A stretch of DNA of 63,765 bases, filler included, from Hausera hauseri (Eukaryota), in NCBI GenBank assembly GCA_046269625.1. It is 12 parts of 12 records of this genome, joined end to end, with 100 filler letters (N's around TTAATTAATTAA, not from the genome) between each part and the next. Parts side by side here need not be neighbours in the genome. Positions count along the whole stretch, not along the records: positions 49,927 to 54,552 come from JBJURY010498241.1; positions 54,653 to 59,588 come from JBJURY010386368.1; positions 59,689 to 63,765 come from JBJURY010776424.1; 9 more parts are not named here. One strand, 5' to 3'. Shown here in pieces: positions 51,207-63,765 of the stretch. Within the stretch, counting starts at the first letter, position 1. The number at the start of each line of letters is the position of its first letter. Below the pieces are notes generated by a model. That model was not told the origin of the DNA. It ran no database searches and worked only from the letters and a program-made list of their open reading frames with translations. Position numbers and translations under genes: made by a program.

Positions 51207-51400
51207 AGTAAGTAGGTAGAAGTGAGCTCTCTACCGCACTCCTCTGATTGGTCAAAAAAACACTTTTCCCCACCTGATTGGCTACAACGATCATTTCACT
51301 AAGATTTTCCTACAAACCCCCACCCCTGGCCCTAAAAGGAGGTCAATCAATGGACTTTGGACCGAGTCAGATCGGTATTAAGCATAAGAAAAAAAATAAT
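51207..51400. repeat. Putative Polinton terminus / terminal inverted repeat
   Basis: Starts AGTAAGTAGGTAG (Polinton termini typically begin with AG/AGT repeats). Two CTGATTGG boxes. Lies between the MCP stop and unrelated pogo DNA. Confidence 0.4.
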
Positions 51401-51445
51401 AAATTACTTCATGGTACTAACAAAAAGAGAGACATCAGATTTTAT

Positions 51446-52659
51446 TTATACAATGACAGTTCGATTTTTCTTTACTTCCACCTCGGCATCAAATACACCG
51501 TAAATGTACATTACGGTGGACTGCTCCAACGCTTTAGCAAAGTGAACCTCCAGTCTCAGGTGTCCCTGCTGAGGTAGTTGTGACTGCTCAGCGTCATAAT
51601 CTGGACCCAGGACAAAGGTAGAGAACGGATAGGCAGACTTGAACAAATCCATAGATATGCGACTGTTGACGTTTCTGTTCAGCAAACCCATGTTACGCAC
51701 AATAGATTGCATATATGTGCAAACATTATCATCGGTCTCAAAATTTTGTTTATACGTCTCAAGGAAATCCGCATTCTTGCCCAAAAATATGTAATTTACA
51801 TTGCTATGGGTAAACGTTTCTGATTCAGTGGTATAACTGCCGATTTGTTGAGTAGTCGTTTGTAATGTAACAAGCACAAATTTTGGCAATCGCATATTGC
51901 CAAACAGCGCATCCTTTGGGTGTGGTGTGAAACACGAGTTTTGTGCATTGTAATGGATGACAGACATTTTGTGTTTCCAAACCCATTCAATGTCCCATGA
52001 GCACAGATGGTTCTGCTTTTACACGACAGACGTATAATTGTGTCTCGGTAATTTTCAGTATGGTTTTAAGATTTGCAACTGCAGTTTTCAGGCGAAAGAC
52101 ATTATAACTGCGTTTGAATCGAATCATGGCTTTAACATCAGGCAGTATGTATTTCGGCTGATCGAAAAAGTCGAAATACAGCTGTACACACATTGTAAAT
52201 GCTTTGATTCTGTCACCCATTTCTGACGATTTGCTGCTGTATCATCGTATCCGATTGTTTTTGTCAAGTTAGTCGTTTTCATGTCTGTACTGTAATTTAA
52301 CGCCGGTTCAGTGAGAGCTTTGATACCATACAGACTTGTATTGCCTTCAATTTTAACATTGTTTAGAATCAGTGAGGCTTCCTGGAACAATGTGAGGAAA
52401 TGGTAATTTGCCGGTCTGACAATGTCTGTTGCACTGAGAACCGTTGATGCATCCTTTATAACAATGACTTTTGCATACAGTAGCGTATCGTTCAAATCGA
52501 GATATTCATTGTCCGATGCCATTACATTGAACTGAATTTCAATGTTGTCGTCTGTTGAAACAGAATAAACAGGGTAGATTTCCTCAAAGCTGCATTGTCA
52601 ATAACAACTTGTGGCGCGGCTTTGTCAAATATACAAAATTCAGATTTTGTAGATTCCAT
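51446..52659 (-). pseudogene. Polinton major capsid protein (double jelly-roll), frameshifted
   Basis: KSEFCIFD..PQ, EIYP..IEIQF..EYLDLNDTLLY, DFFDQPKYILPDV, LFGNMRLPKFVLV, GHLRLEVHFAKAL..IYGVFD. Confidence 0.9.
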
Positions 52660-52667
52660 TACAATCA

Positions 52668-52935
52668 ATCGAAAATCGTACGATAACGACGTTTGTTTAT
52701 AGTTGAAATGTTCTATGATGCTCTACGTCGTTTTCTCAAGCCACTGCCGGTGAAATGTTTTTGGACTAATTCAACGACTTCCGGTGCAGCGCTTTTTATC
52801 TCTGCCGAGGTGTGTTCCTTTAACGATGACAGAATCGATTTGGTTTCACACTCTGTACTGTTTTTGTTGCAACAGCTGCAGTACGTTTCAATACCGGAAA
52901 TGCGAAACGTGCCAGTGTACGCAACCATTCGGACA
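52668..52935 (-). pseudogene. Polinton conserved basic core-like protein (5' end deleted)
   Basis: WLRTLARFAFPVLK..TGSGLRKRRR..RRYRTIFD, immediately upstream of MCP. Confidence 0.65.
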
Positions 52936-53740
52936 GATTGCACGGAGTAGTGGTATGCGTACTCCACTGACCAAAATCGGTTCGTTGACGTTCATGTAAA
53001 TGTACATTTGATGTAGTTCATTTATCAGTTTTAGTTTAAGTGTCGCAACATGTGTATTATTTGGCTCAAACCGCTGTTTTTTGAAACACAATACCATGGC
53101 CAAAGCTTTATCCAACGAAATTTCGACCACGTTTGTACAGTTCGAATGTGATGTAGCCATTTGTATCTGACGTTAAAGCTTCAAATATGTATTGGAAAAA
53201 TGTCGAACGAGATTTGTTGCAGATTCACAATAGACGTTTTCGTCAATTTAGATAGATGTATCATGCACCGTTTATATATTTTGTCCACTGAAAATAATGT
53301 CCACATATATACGATGTTTTTACCTCTGATTTCTGTAGTTTTGAATCCAAATATTTTCGCAACTTCAATGGAATTGAAGAATACAGTAAATTCACTTTTG
53401 TAATCAAATTGTACTGTGATTAAAGTCGCTGGTACAAATATAAAAGGTTCTGACTCACATTTTATTATTTTCAAATAGTAGTTGACATGGGTCATTTGCA
53501 GTGACCCGGTGAGTTATGCTGTATTGTATATTCATACTGCCTTTCAATGTCCCCGGTGCGTAGGGAAAGTTAAATTCCGTCAGTGCAACCTCCCATTGTC
53601 CATCAGATAAATCCAAAGGATTGTTCCAATCTACAACGTATTCACTAGCGGAATTGTTCGGACGAGTAGTCGGACAACTGTTGCTCGGCAACACTATGTA
53701 AATTCTAATGATCTCGATGACGATAGTGATGATTGTTATG
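52936..53740 (-). pseudogene. Polinton minor capsid (penton) paralog 2, 3' end deleted
   Basis: YIVLPSNS..NNSASEYVV..LDLSDGQWEVALTEFNFP and MYIYMNVNEPILVSGVRIPLLR. Confidence 0.85.
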
Positions 53741-53754
53741 GCGCAGTTTGTTTA

Positions 53755-54552
53755 TTATCGACGTTGACGACGTCGAACATGTAACGTCAAATGTGTCGTT
53801 GACCCGAACAGAAATTTAATGGGTTCCCAAAATTCATTAAACATATACACGGTAATACTGTGCACAATGTTTTGACACAATGGTAAGTACATGGATCCAA
53901 ACATAGTAATGCGAACAGTTTCACCAGATGATCTTTTGTGCGTTTGAGAATCCAGTTCGATAGAAGCCAGCAGTTGTTTACGTTCTCCAGCAACGAGTAC
54001 GGATTCGGTTAAGTCTGTTAAAATGTTGATTCGGTAAAATGCTCCATTGCGTTAGGGTTTGTATTTGGCAACAATAGATCGTACAACAATGTTTCCAATG
54101 ATTCCGATCCAATAATTCATCAAAGGCAAAATATGTAACATTGTCATAGACTGTAATCGAAATATGACAATCGGCGTTTATTTCACATGTCTTTACGGCT
54201 AATGTAGCCGTTTTCTTGACATTTTCACACAATTTCAGCTCCGTTTCCATTAGTAAATCATATGGTATAATATAATAGCGGAAGATTGATTCTGACTTAG
54301 TCCACTTTACTATAATATCATATTCCGCATTGGATGAAAGGTCCAATTTTTTACCAATTATAACATGTCGACATAGCCGTAGACATTTTCAGTGTACATT
54401 GATTGATTGAAAACCCCATGCCTGAGCATCATTTAAAAAATTAAACTTCATTTCCATGGGACTTCGATGCATTAATTTCATACGGTAGTTTGAAAAATAA
54501 GCATAAACCGAAAAATTTTCTCGCGAATAATTGCGAAGAACATATCGGTTAT
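53755..54552 (-). pseudogene. Polinton minor capsid (penton) paralog 1, 5' end beyond contig
   Basis: Hidden frame reads INILTDLTESVLVAGERKQLLASI..MYLPLCQNIVHSITVYMFNEFWEPIKFLFGSTTHLTLHVRRR*, a penton C-terminus. Confidence 0.72.
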
Positions 54553-55523
54553 NNNNNNNNNNNNNNNNNNNNNNNNNNNNNNNNNNNNNNNNNNNNTTAA
54601 TTAATTAANNNNNNNNNNNNNNNNNNNNNNNNNNNNNNNNNNNNNNNNNNNNGGAATTTAGTGTAATGTCCTCGGAACATTGGGGATTGTTTTGCATCAA
54701 TGAATCGACACGAAATTAACGAAAAGAATTTGGCTTTTGTGATATGGACAAAACCACCTATATTTAATAATTGTGATAACAATAATAATAATAGTTAGTT
54801 GTTTTGTTATTCCCGGTAAATAATAAAGGAATTATGCATTATGGACGTCGGTAACATTTTCGAACCGCTTGTATACATATTCAAACCCGGTATTATGTGT
54901 AAAGACCTGAAGAAAGAGAGAAAAATACAAATGGATTTCTCTTTCGATATCATCAAGGACTTCACTGGTATGAAAGCAATTCAATTTTCTGTGTGGCATG
55001 TATTATGGAAGAGATTTGTCATCGTTTTGACATTTAAAATATTGTATTTTATATTAAGTATCACATTGGCGGAAAAACTTTTACACAATTCCATTCACAG
55101 TTTTCCGACTTGCGAATGACGACGTATTCAACAACATCGAACAACGCGATGTCCATATCGTTATCATGGACAACATTGTGCTTATAAAAAATGTCTACGA
55201 CTTTGTGTTGACTATGTTTCATGCAAATAAATATATGTGCGTATTTCCTTTTTTCGATAAGTAATGTTCACGTCATGTTTAGCAGTATTTGTCAGTTGAA
55301 TAATTCAAAAACCATAAATACGGGTAGGTGATAATAATAATAATTTTGGACTATAATGGAAATTGTACACATTTATTACAAATAACTTCAGTAAAATGGA
55401 AGTAATTTGTATCATTGTAATATGAGACAATACTCACAAAGTAAATGTCTATTGTTTACAATGAAAACAAGCCGTTGTATAAATATGGATGCAATTTCAT
55501 TTCACATTTGTCTTATTTAAAAA

Positions 55524-55989
55524 ATGTCTTTGGAAAACATTTCAGCAGGTGACAATGTCTTCAATAAGCCATGGTACAGCAAACATTCGCTCAGAAATTC
55601 CGGGTTGTATAATGGATACAACTTACATTATCTGCGTAACGCTATTCAATTGCCATTGACGCAAACGCTGAAAATCGAACCGGTGAAATATGGTCTAGTG
55701 GTGATAAATATCAATGACGATAATTTGGAAACAATGGAAGACATTATTGGAAAAGTTGACAAAGATTTGGCGTTGAGTAACGATATCCGAGACACATCTT
55801 CGAATTTTTTCAAAGGAAATAATGGAGAAAATTGTCAGTTCACATAGTGGAGAAACAGCAGCAACAACAAAAGTGGTTTTGCCACCGGTAGTAGCTAAAG
55901 GCCATGTAATATTGAAGTTGAAAGGATACAAGGATCTGCACAGCGTTAAATCACCAATATGGAAGCTGGGAAAGTTTACGCTGATTTGA
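55524..55989 (+). pseudogene. Polinton accessory ORF, putative OB-fold SSB (homolog of 27415-27852)
   Basis: MSLENISAGDNVFNKP..IQLPLTQTLKIEPVKYGL..(frameshift)..LKLKGYKDLHSVKSPIWKLGKFTLI*. Confidence 0.6.
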
Positions 55990-56217
55990 CTTACTTTGTT
56001 TTTGATTTTAGATTATGATTATTAATAAATTTATCGATTTTGTTTGTTTGTTTTTCATACTGTTTCTTGTTGCATTAAATTAAATAGATAAATTAAATTA
56101 TAATAAAACAAAAGGCAAAAACAATGAATAATATACATTATTTATACAAAACAAACAGGTCGCAATGAATTGTCACAGTAATATAATCTGTCTGCACCAA
56201 ATTGACGCGTGCGTGTT

Positions 56218-59200
56218 TTATTCCAAACGCCAATCTCCGTACGCCTAACTCTTATTTCGCCCTACCCACTTAGACTTATTATTATTGCATGATAAATCGA
56301 CTTTTGTGTTGATCACAATATACAGGTGGTGCTTAATCTATCGGATGATCATTTGTGACACAACAGCCTTTGATTGTCTTTCATATTCTTCTTCATAGAT
56401 ACGGTGATAATCAACGTGGTTTATTTCAGTCTTGGCCAACTGAACCCCTTGGCGCGCATTTTCGGTCCACCGTCAGTTAAAAGGCTATAACATTTTGGCC
56501 GTGAGAAAATTTATTGCCGATACTGAACCCGACCTTCACTTTCATCCTTGAAGCAACCGATTTTAATGTTAATCGCGCTACTATACAACGGATGATCCGG
56601 TGGATAGTTGGACGTGTACAATAGTCCATATGACTAAATTTGCTGCAGTAGCTGTTCGCGATTTACTTTTTCAGCAGAAGCATAAAACTGTCTGTGTTAT
56701 CGGCAATTCTACTAATGTCACAGCTGTCAAACATTTGCCGGTAACGTGTCAAATCGCGATATTGTAGCTCATACATCGGCAACTTGCTGAGGTCCAATAC
56801 CACTTGTCCGGTGTAACTTGGCCTGTCCAAAACGACTTCTCTGTTTAACAGCAACGCAACCAATCAATCGACAATGTGCATTGACCATCAAAACTGTGTC
56901 TTGCTGGTATTCGTAACCAGCTGCTTTTCCGAGTTACATAGGCGCACATTGAGCCGAATTTTCAGATTCTCCACTGTTTTTCCGTACAGGGAATTGTTTT
57001 CCATCGTGTAGTAGTCCTTTGTGTACTTTGTACAAGCTGCGGCTCGTTTCTCCTAATTTCCATTTATGTACGCCTTGAATATGGATGCCTGAGCAAATCG
57101 CATTGCACGTTGCAGCTCTGTGACGCGTACACTGAGCTGCATGTAGAACTGTAGCAGACACCAATGGACCACCTAATTCAGCTTGGGTTCATGGGTGATG
57201 AGCAGTTTCTTCACTTTTGAGCCTGGGGGATATTGGTTAAATGGTACCACCGGTAAATCGTTCAAAACGTCATGCAGCTCATCTGGTATCTCGAGATCGA
57301 CGTCCATCAGGTATCAAACTAAGCCTCCAATGTCTGATAGTGGTAGGTTGACCATTATGTCCTCCAGATCTTGTCTGCCGATTACCCATTCAAATGAACC
57401 GTACGGCAATGGTTGCAAAAACGCCCAGCCATAGAGGTTATTATTATCAATATACAGCAGTGATGTGGTATCGGTAGCATGGACCTGATGATTGTTGACA
57501 AATGTCATGCCACCGCGAATACCAACATCAAACATTCGGTACATTTCCGGGCCTTGCAGCAGCTCAATGTTTCAATCCAGTGACATTAGAGCTGACGCCC
57601 AACTCCTTTCCGGTATGGAATAAAAGAAGAGTGGCTCCAACCTATCTTCCTCTATCGCTTTTGTCCGAAATGCTTTGAACACGTCGGGTAATAAGTACAC
57701 GACCACTTTAAGATACTGCATCGTGTAATCCAACAAGTTTCTACAGCCCAGTTCTGTCCAAGATTCTTGTGCTTCACGATATTCATCTTCTGCGACACTT
57801 ATCAATCGCGGTGGTAATTCCTCTGTTGTCCGTAGTCGCACATATTATGTTGCAAAGTCATATGGAAATATGCCTTTGCTGTGTAAAATATGTGCAGGGA
57901 ACTGCGTCAGTGCTATGGGCACATCTGGTAAGGAATTTAGCAGATTTGTCAATGATTCATTGAGAAATTGCAATGAATCAAGGAAGCGTGCCTGGAATTG
58001 ATTTACTCGTGACGACAGCGATAGGTATTTCTCCATTGTAGTTGGGATTATGGACAGTTCCCAGTGCGGAAAGCCGTTAATGGACCATTTGAAAATATGG
58101 TGACAGTCATAACCTCGGAAATTATGAAAGATCCGTGGCAGGAATGGTCGCACTCGCTTGGGTAAATTGCATGAATGGCATGCTGCTCCCAAGTATCGAC
58201 CGATGAAATGGTCGTGATCCGGTACGAGTTGTTCCTGTGCATTATACGGTATTATTTTGTGGCACAGGTAGCATTCGTCGGTGACATGGGAAAGCAACAG
58301 TTGATATTTGTCTGCCCAAATCAATGGCTTTTTGCAATTGTTGCGATACCACGGCGCGATTTCAATTTTCACTATGGTTTCCAATTGCTGCAGGAAATCG
58401 CTTACACAGTTCCAACTATGGAAAACGTAATACTGCGGCTGTTCGGCGGCTTTTATTGGTACTAGCAGCATACCGACGGCAATTGGAACGTGCTTTCGAT
58501 CGTATACATTGTGCCGTAGTAGAATTGCTTCGATATGGGCATACACCACATATGCCGTACTGTCCGTTTTTGACAAGTAACTGAATCTCAACTACTTTTT
58601 GACTGGCATAACATACATTTTAGTTCCTGATGAAGTTTTCCTGCACAGTGCCACATGCATTTTCCATTTTCATTTGACCGAAATCCATGCAAACACAGGG
58701 GACACCATTTGCACCGTATACGCCTTTTGAAGAACTCGTCATGCTCCATTTTCAACAATCTGTCCAAATTGGTCACGGCCGTGTAATAAAACTTTTCACT
58801 CTCCAACAGCAATAAATTTTCTGGGCGTTTAATTGTATTTTTACTATGGTAAATTATGTCAACGTGAGGAGTCTTGTAAATTTCCTCATCTACCGATATC
58901 TCTACGATTGTGCTGAACCGGAACATGTTGATTTCCAGTGTCGGATTACGCCGTTCAAAAGCCGGAATGGTTTTGAGTTTCATCGGCATCCAACATTCGT
59001 CGTAGTTCAATACTTACTGTACTACTTTAAACAATTTTCATGATGGCTGGACACTTGATCATATTTCAATATGGCCAGAATGCTGTAAATAAATCAGTAT
59101 TTTTCGTTAATATTTTGTACATTCAACTACCGCCAGAGACTGCTTCAAGGATGCAGGTGTCGGTATGAATAAACGTCCGGAGAGATAAATCACGTCATAC

Positions 59201-59588
59201 GCCTGGGCCAGAATAAAGTCGAGAGTGACAATCTTTACAATTTGCCAACCACTGCCCTTTTCGGTATAATTGGCGATATTTTCGTCAAGCTTTCGCCTAT
59301 ATCTGCAATAAAATCCTCGGAGTATGGTACGGCTCGATGTGACAGGTACCATTGTACATGTTTCACATCACCTTGCAGATTTTCAAATTCTGCAAGTGCA
59401 TAATATTGCACTTTGCAGTGGTGGTTGTGGTGTTGGAATTTGTTCACCTCTGATTCCAACTGGTTACGCATATTAGCGGGTACATCTTTCAATTGCGTTG
59501 TTGTTTTCGCCGACATGTCCACCTTTATGTTCACGTACGATCTGTTCAGTTCGTATTTAATAGTAATGGGCGGTTCACTTTCCTGCTA
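56218..59588 (-). pseudogene. Polinton PolB copy 3 (decayed; includes the C-terminus)
   Basis: KGSGWQIV, DHDH..CHSCNL, KGIFPYDF, GIRGG, YIDNNNLYG, NSLYGKTVEN, NTDSF, FKDE, RPKCYSL, AYGDWRL*. Confidence 0.92.
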
Positions 59589-61379
59589 NNNNNNNNNNNN
59601 NNNNNNNNNNNNNNNNNNNNNNNNNNNNNNNNTTAATTAATTAANNNNNNNNNNNNNNNNNNNNNNNNNNNNNNNNNNNNNNNNNNNNCTGGGACAGAAA
59701 GATGAAAACCATGCACCCATATCGCCGAATCATCATATACTTACCGTCATTGTTTATACTATGTTCCGCCAATGAGTCCACCCAGTAATGTTGTCCCCAG
59801 TAAATTATACAAAACGTTATATAAATTAACAAAATTATAAAATAACAATCGACAACACAGATTCGATCAAAATAAAATATATCAAAAGCAAATAAAAATC
59901 ACGGATTCCTCCCAAACAAACAAGAAAATCCAAACTTCTTAAGGAATCCGTCTACATAAAATACAAAACAGAAAAATTAAAAGTCGGAATTACGAGTGCC
60001 GAAGTGACAAGCATTTGTAACAATAAAAAATTAACAATCGAAATCTGTGGATTCAAATCCATTTGTTTGAATGCACAGTTTAAGAAAATTTAGTAATATT
60101 TAAAAATTATGTACAAAATGTCCGAAGTAACGAAAGCAATGGGCCAAACTACAGCCACTAGGGATCAAAAAATCAATGCATATGCCACTAAACCTCGTCA
60201 ACCGATAACCCGAAAAAACGAAAGGGAGACCGCGCCAAGTCGTGCCACGGAAATCAAACGAAGAGAAAAACCCGCTCAACCTTACGTTCCCGTCGATTTA
60301 GACGAAAGTACAGATATGGCTTCGGGGTACAAAGGCCCGGAAGTGACTTTGACCGTATGTATGGATAGCTTAACGAGTCCTGCGGGGATGGATAAGACCA
60401 CGGACAACCCTCAACGAGATGGTCCTGGCACCGGAGAATCCAAAACTACAAATCAGGGGTACTGAATCCCGAAGATATCTCGAACAGTCCGAACTCAAGA
60501 CAATGTTCCACCATCTCACGATGGGCCACGCAAAGAGCCGTCGGTGCGCGACGATACACACCACGCTGGGCGAAGCGACCCAAGATCGAGACGGGAAATT
60601 GTTGATGCGCCCAGGAAACGACACTGCAACACCGGCAATGGAGCCCGTACCGGTCCTACTCGAATTTTCTGACGGTAGGGGAGCTGCTGCAACGGAGCCG
60701 CTTCATACAACACCTAGTCAGGTTGGGGCGGGATGACCCCTACTCTTTACCCTTGAAAACACTCCATCGATTCTATGAGTACTGGGAAAATCGACGTCTC
60801 TTTGAATCGTCGGTTTTCCTGCCGGTTTTCCTTAGATTGATGGAGGCAGCTATCCGCCTCTACGAGTCCTTGGCTCCCTCGGAAAATCAATTAATTCCAA
60901 GTCGCCGAACCATCAAAGCACTACGAACACGGACGTCGGGCTCCTGCTCGGACGACATTCGAGCCCATCCACGACGACTTCGCATACTTAGGCCGTTTCG
61001 ATCCACTACCGAGGACTCGAATGCCTCAGTAAACGGCGGTTGTCATGATAATAAACGTTTCGACAATTATCTAGCTTTGTTACTTTATTTTTTTTGTTTC
61101 CGTCTTGTTTTATTGTTTTGGTGCCACGATGTTATGGGACATAGCTAAGGCCTTCATCGAGGCAACATTATTGTCCTCTAAAAGACTTTATTTTGTTTAA
61201 TAATATATCATTGAATGTTGCTCCTAAAGAACTTTCATATTTTATATAATTTACTTTTCTTCTTATGCATATGTAGGTTTTATAAGGCGCTGTACCATGT
61301 AGTATTATTGACTAATTTACCACTTAAATATTTTGCTGAATAAACATAATTTATGTAAAATATTAGTAACAAAAAAGAA

Positions 61380-61943
61380 ATGGAATTAAATAAGGATGCC
61401 ATTTTTCAAGTGGTAGGTCCGAGTGTTAGTGGCAAGACCCATTTTGTATGTAAATTATTACAGAATCAAAATAAATTTAAAAGTACATTTAATAAAACAT
61501 ATTGGTATCAAGGTGGTGGTGGTGAAAACGGATTAACGAACAATGCATTTCAAGAAGCAAACAAGGAAAGTGAATTTACAAAGTTATTTACCAAGATAGG
61601 AAGACTTTGTGAAGTGACTGTAATCTTCAATACACAAAATGTATTTCATCAAGGTGGACATCATAAATCGTTTAATCTGAATGTTCGTTATTTAGTTTTA
61701 TTTAAAAATCCTCGTGATCAAACTGTAATAGATTTTGTTGCTCGTCAGCAATACCCATATGATAAGAAATATTTAGTCGATTCATTTAAAAATGCTACAA
61801 AACATGCTCGTGGATATATTTTTATTGATTTTACTCAACAATGTCCAGATGATGAACTCGTAAAAACCGATATATTCAGCACGAAAGTTATAACTTTATA
61901 TAAGCAGCTTAATAATATGAACAAAAGTAAATTAAAGAAATAA
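61380..61943 (+). pseudogene. Polinton A32/FtsK-like packaging ATPase, Walker B region apparently deleted
   Basis: VVGPSVSGKTHFV, TQNVF, LNVRYLVLFKNPRD, ATKHARGYIFID. No hhhhDD motif between Walker A and LFTK. Confidence 0.88.
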
Positions 61944-62106
61944 TTTGTAATATGAAATTCAAAAAAGTTATACTTAAACCGAAGTGATAAATTAGAAAAA
62001 GAAGAAGAATATCTCCAAAAACGTGTAATTAGTAGAAGACAAACAAGGTTACCAAAGCGTTTGATTATAATATAAACGAAAAATGACATAATTCAACAGT
62101 AGCGAA

Positions 62107-62615
62107 ATGAAAAGATTGAGAAGAAGTTTACCATATTTCCAAGCTATGGTTAAATCACCAAACAGATTTAGATGGGAACTTTTACATTCCATGCCCAAAT
62201 GTGTATTACATGATTTCTATGAGGTTTTGCTACATATTATTGAAAGTCGTATAGATATAGGTAAAAAGAAACCGTTATTAAAAATATATAAAAATGTATT
62301 AATGAATTTTGTGAACAAGTGATCATTGATTAAAAAGAGACGAGTACTTCTAGAACGTCTTTCATTGAGACTAATGAATGAAACTACATATAACCGAATG
62401 AAATCAGGCACAAGTATCAAAGAAGGTAAAAAAGGTCAAAAGTGGGTGATGCAACATTTAGGAACAAAATTAGGATAGCAAACTGGAGAAGGATTTTCTT
62501 TTTTCACAATTACAGCAGTAATCGCAGAACTAAAAGCCATTGGCTTAGATGTAGCTGGTGGATTAGGAACAGCAGCTGCGGGGGCTGTAGTTGACAAAAT
62601 TAAAGTGGAATAGAA
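62107..62615 (+). pseudogene. Polinton conserved small ORF(s), core-like
   Basis: RWELLHSMPKCVLHDFYEVLLHII and QTGEGF..GG motifs. Sits between the ATPase and the integrase. Confidence 0.5.
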
Positions 62616-62708
62616 CATAAGCAATAATAAAGGTATACTCTGCTATTATGGGCAATGTACCGCAATATTTACCGAATTTTAGTTTTAATATAAAATCAGA
62701 CTGTTGTA

Positions 62709-63745
62709 ATGGAAAAAGATATTCAGATGAAGAATATATGGTTTGAACCAAAACACCCAGCTGGTTTTGCAGGAGTTTTAAGTCTGAAAAAGTGGTGAAA
62801 TTGTCGAAAAAGCAGACAAAGAGTTGGTTAAGCGACAAGATCTTGTACAGTTTCCACAGACCGATGAAGAAGCGGTTCCTAACAATGAAATATCTAGCTA
62901 AACATGTTGATGGATTTTGGCAAATGGACCTACTGGAAATGCTACCTTTGATAAAGTAAATAAAGGTTAAAAATATATCCTTAATTGAATCGATATATTT
63001 AGCCGATTTGAACGTGCTCTATCTTTAAAATCCAAGTCAGCAAAAGATGTAGCTTAAGCAATTGAAACAATGCTAAAAAATAAACAATCGCATCACACTC
63101 AAATGGATTTAGGTAGAGTTTTATAATTCTGCAATTAAAGCCGTTTTGAAAAAATATAATATAAATCATTATTTGGTATTTTCACAATAGAAAGCAGCAG
63201 TGGTTGAACGATTCAGTAGAGCATTAAGAAATCGACTAACAAAGTATTTAACTAGTTAAGGAAATAAAATTAGGACAAATGTATTACCAAAAATAATTCA
63301 TGCGTATAATCACTCAGAACATCGTGGACTCAATGGTTTGCGACCTGTTGATATAACAGTAAAAAAGTTAAAATTAAACGGTAAAATATTACGCAAAATC
63401 CAAACCAAAATATAAAGTTGGTGATTTTGTGCGGATTTCTAAGATAAGTGCCTCATCATTCGCAAAAAATTTTGAACAAAATTGGAGTGACAAAGTTTTG
63501 CAAATATCTGACATAAATTCGAAACAATCACCTGTTATGTATGTTATCAAATATGAAAATAATGATGTAATTTAAGGTAAATTCTATGAAGAAGAATTAC
63601 AACTTTTACCTAGAAAACCTGATATATATCGGATTCAATCTATTCTCAGAAGAAAAGGAAAAGGTAAGAATAAACAATTTGTCGTAAAGTGGCATGGATA
63701 CTCTACTCCAAGTTGGATTTACGCATCACAAAAGAATGAAAAAAA
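62709..63745 (+). pseudogene. Polinton retroviral-like integrase with C-terminal chromodomain (many stops)
   Basis: HPAGFAG, WQMDL, IDIFSRF, KAAVVERFSRAL, YNHSEH, KYKVGDFVRIS, GKFYEEELQ, VKWHGY..SWI. Confidence 0.93.
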
Positions 63746-63765
63746 AAACACATTTTATATGGTAA

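Noticed and set aside
59902-59951. 10-bp inverted repeat ACGGATTCCT/AGGAATCCGT
   Set aside because: Short and isolated; no function can be supported.
33426-63765. NUP98 as Polinton cargo, or a single giant endogenous virus spanning the window
   Set aside because: The modules lie on separate contigs joined by artificial spacers; there is no evidence of linkage.

Overview
This window is not one locus. It is 12 unlinked small contigs joined by artificial 100-nt spacers (N44-TTAATTAATTAA-N44), so adjacency across spacers is meaningless. The DNA is eukaryotic and apparently from more than one species. Contigs 1 and 3 carry teleost-like repeats (an intact RTE LINE and a nearly intact Crack/L2-like LINE). 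Contig 7 carries a compact, divergent invertebrate (possibly flatworm-like) Nup98-Nup96 gene with one 51-nt intron and a single in-frame TGA at a conserved Trp. Five contigs carry decayed pieces of Polinton/Maverick (adintovirus-like) elements: three protein-primed PolB copies, a putative SSB, a RING, two tandem pentons, a core protein, MCP, packaging ATPase and integrase. The rest is Ty3/Gypsy, Tc1/mariner, pogo and non-LTR debris. The most unusual items are: (i) a Gypsy element whose pol is followed in frame, past a single TAG, by a signal-peptide/fibronectin-type-III/transmembrane ORF and then another long unknown ORF; (ii) Polinton PolB fused to a tandem C2H2-like repeat through a poly-Q linker; (iii) tandem penton paralogs; (iv) an eEF2 5' fragment between two Gypsy elements. 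All family calls come from motif recognition by eye; no database searches were run.
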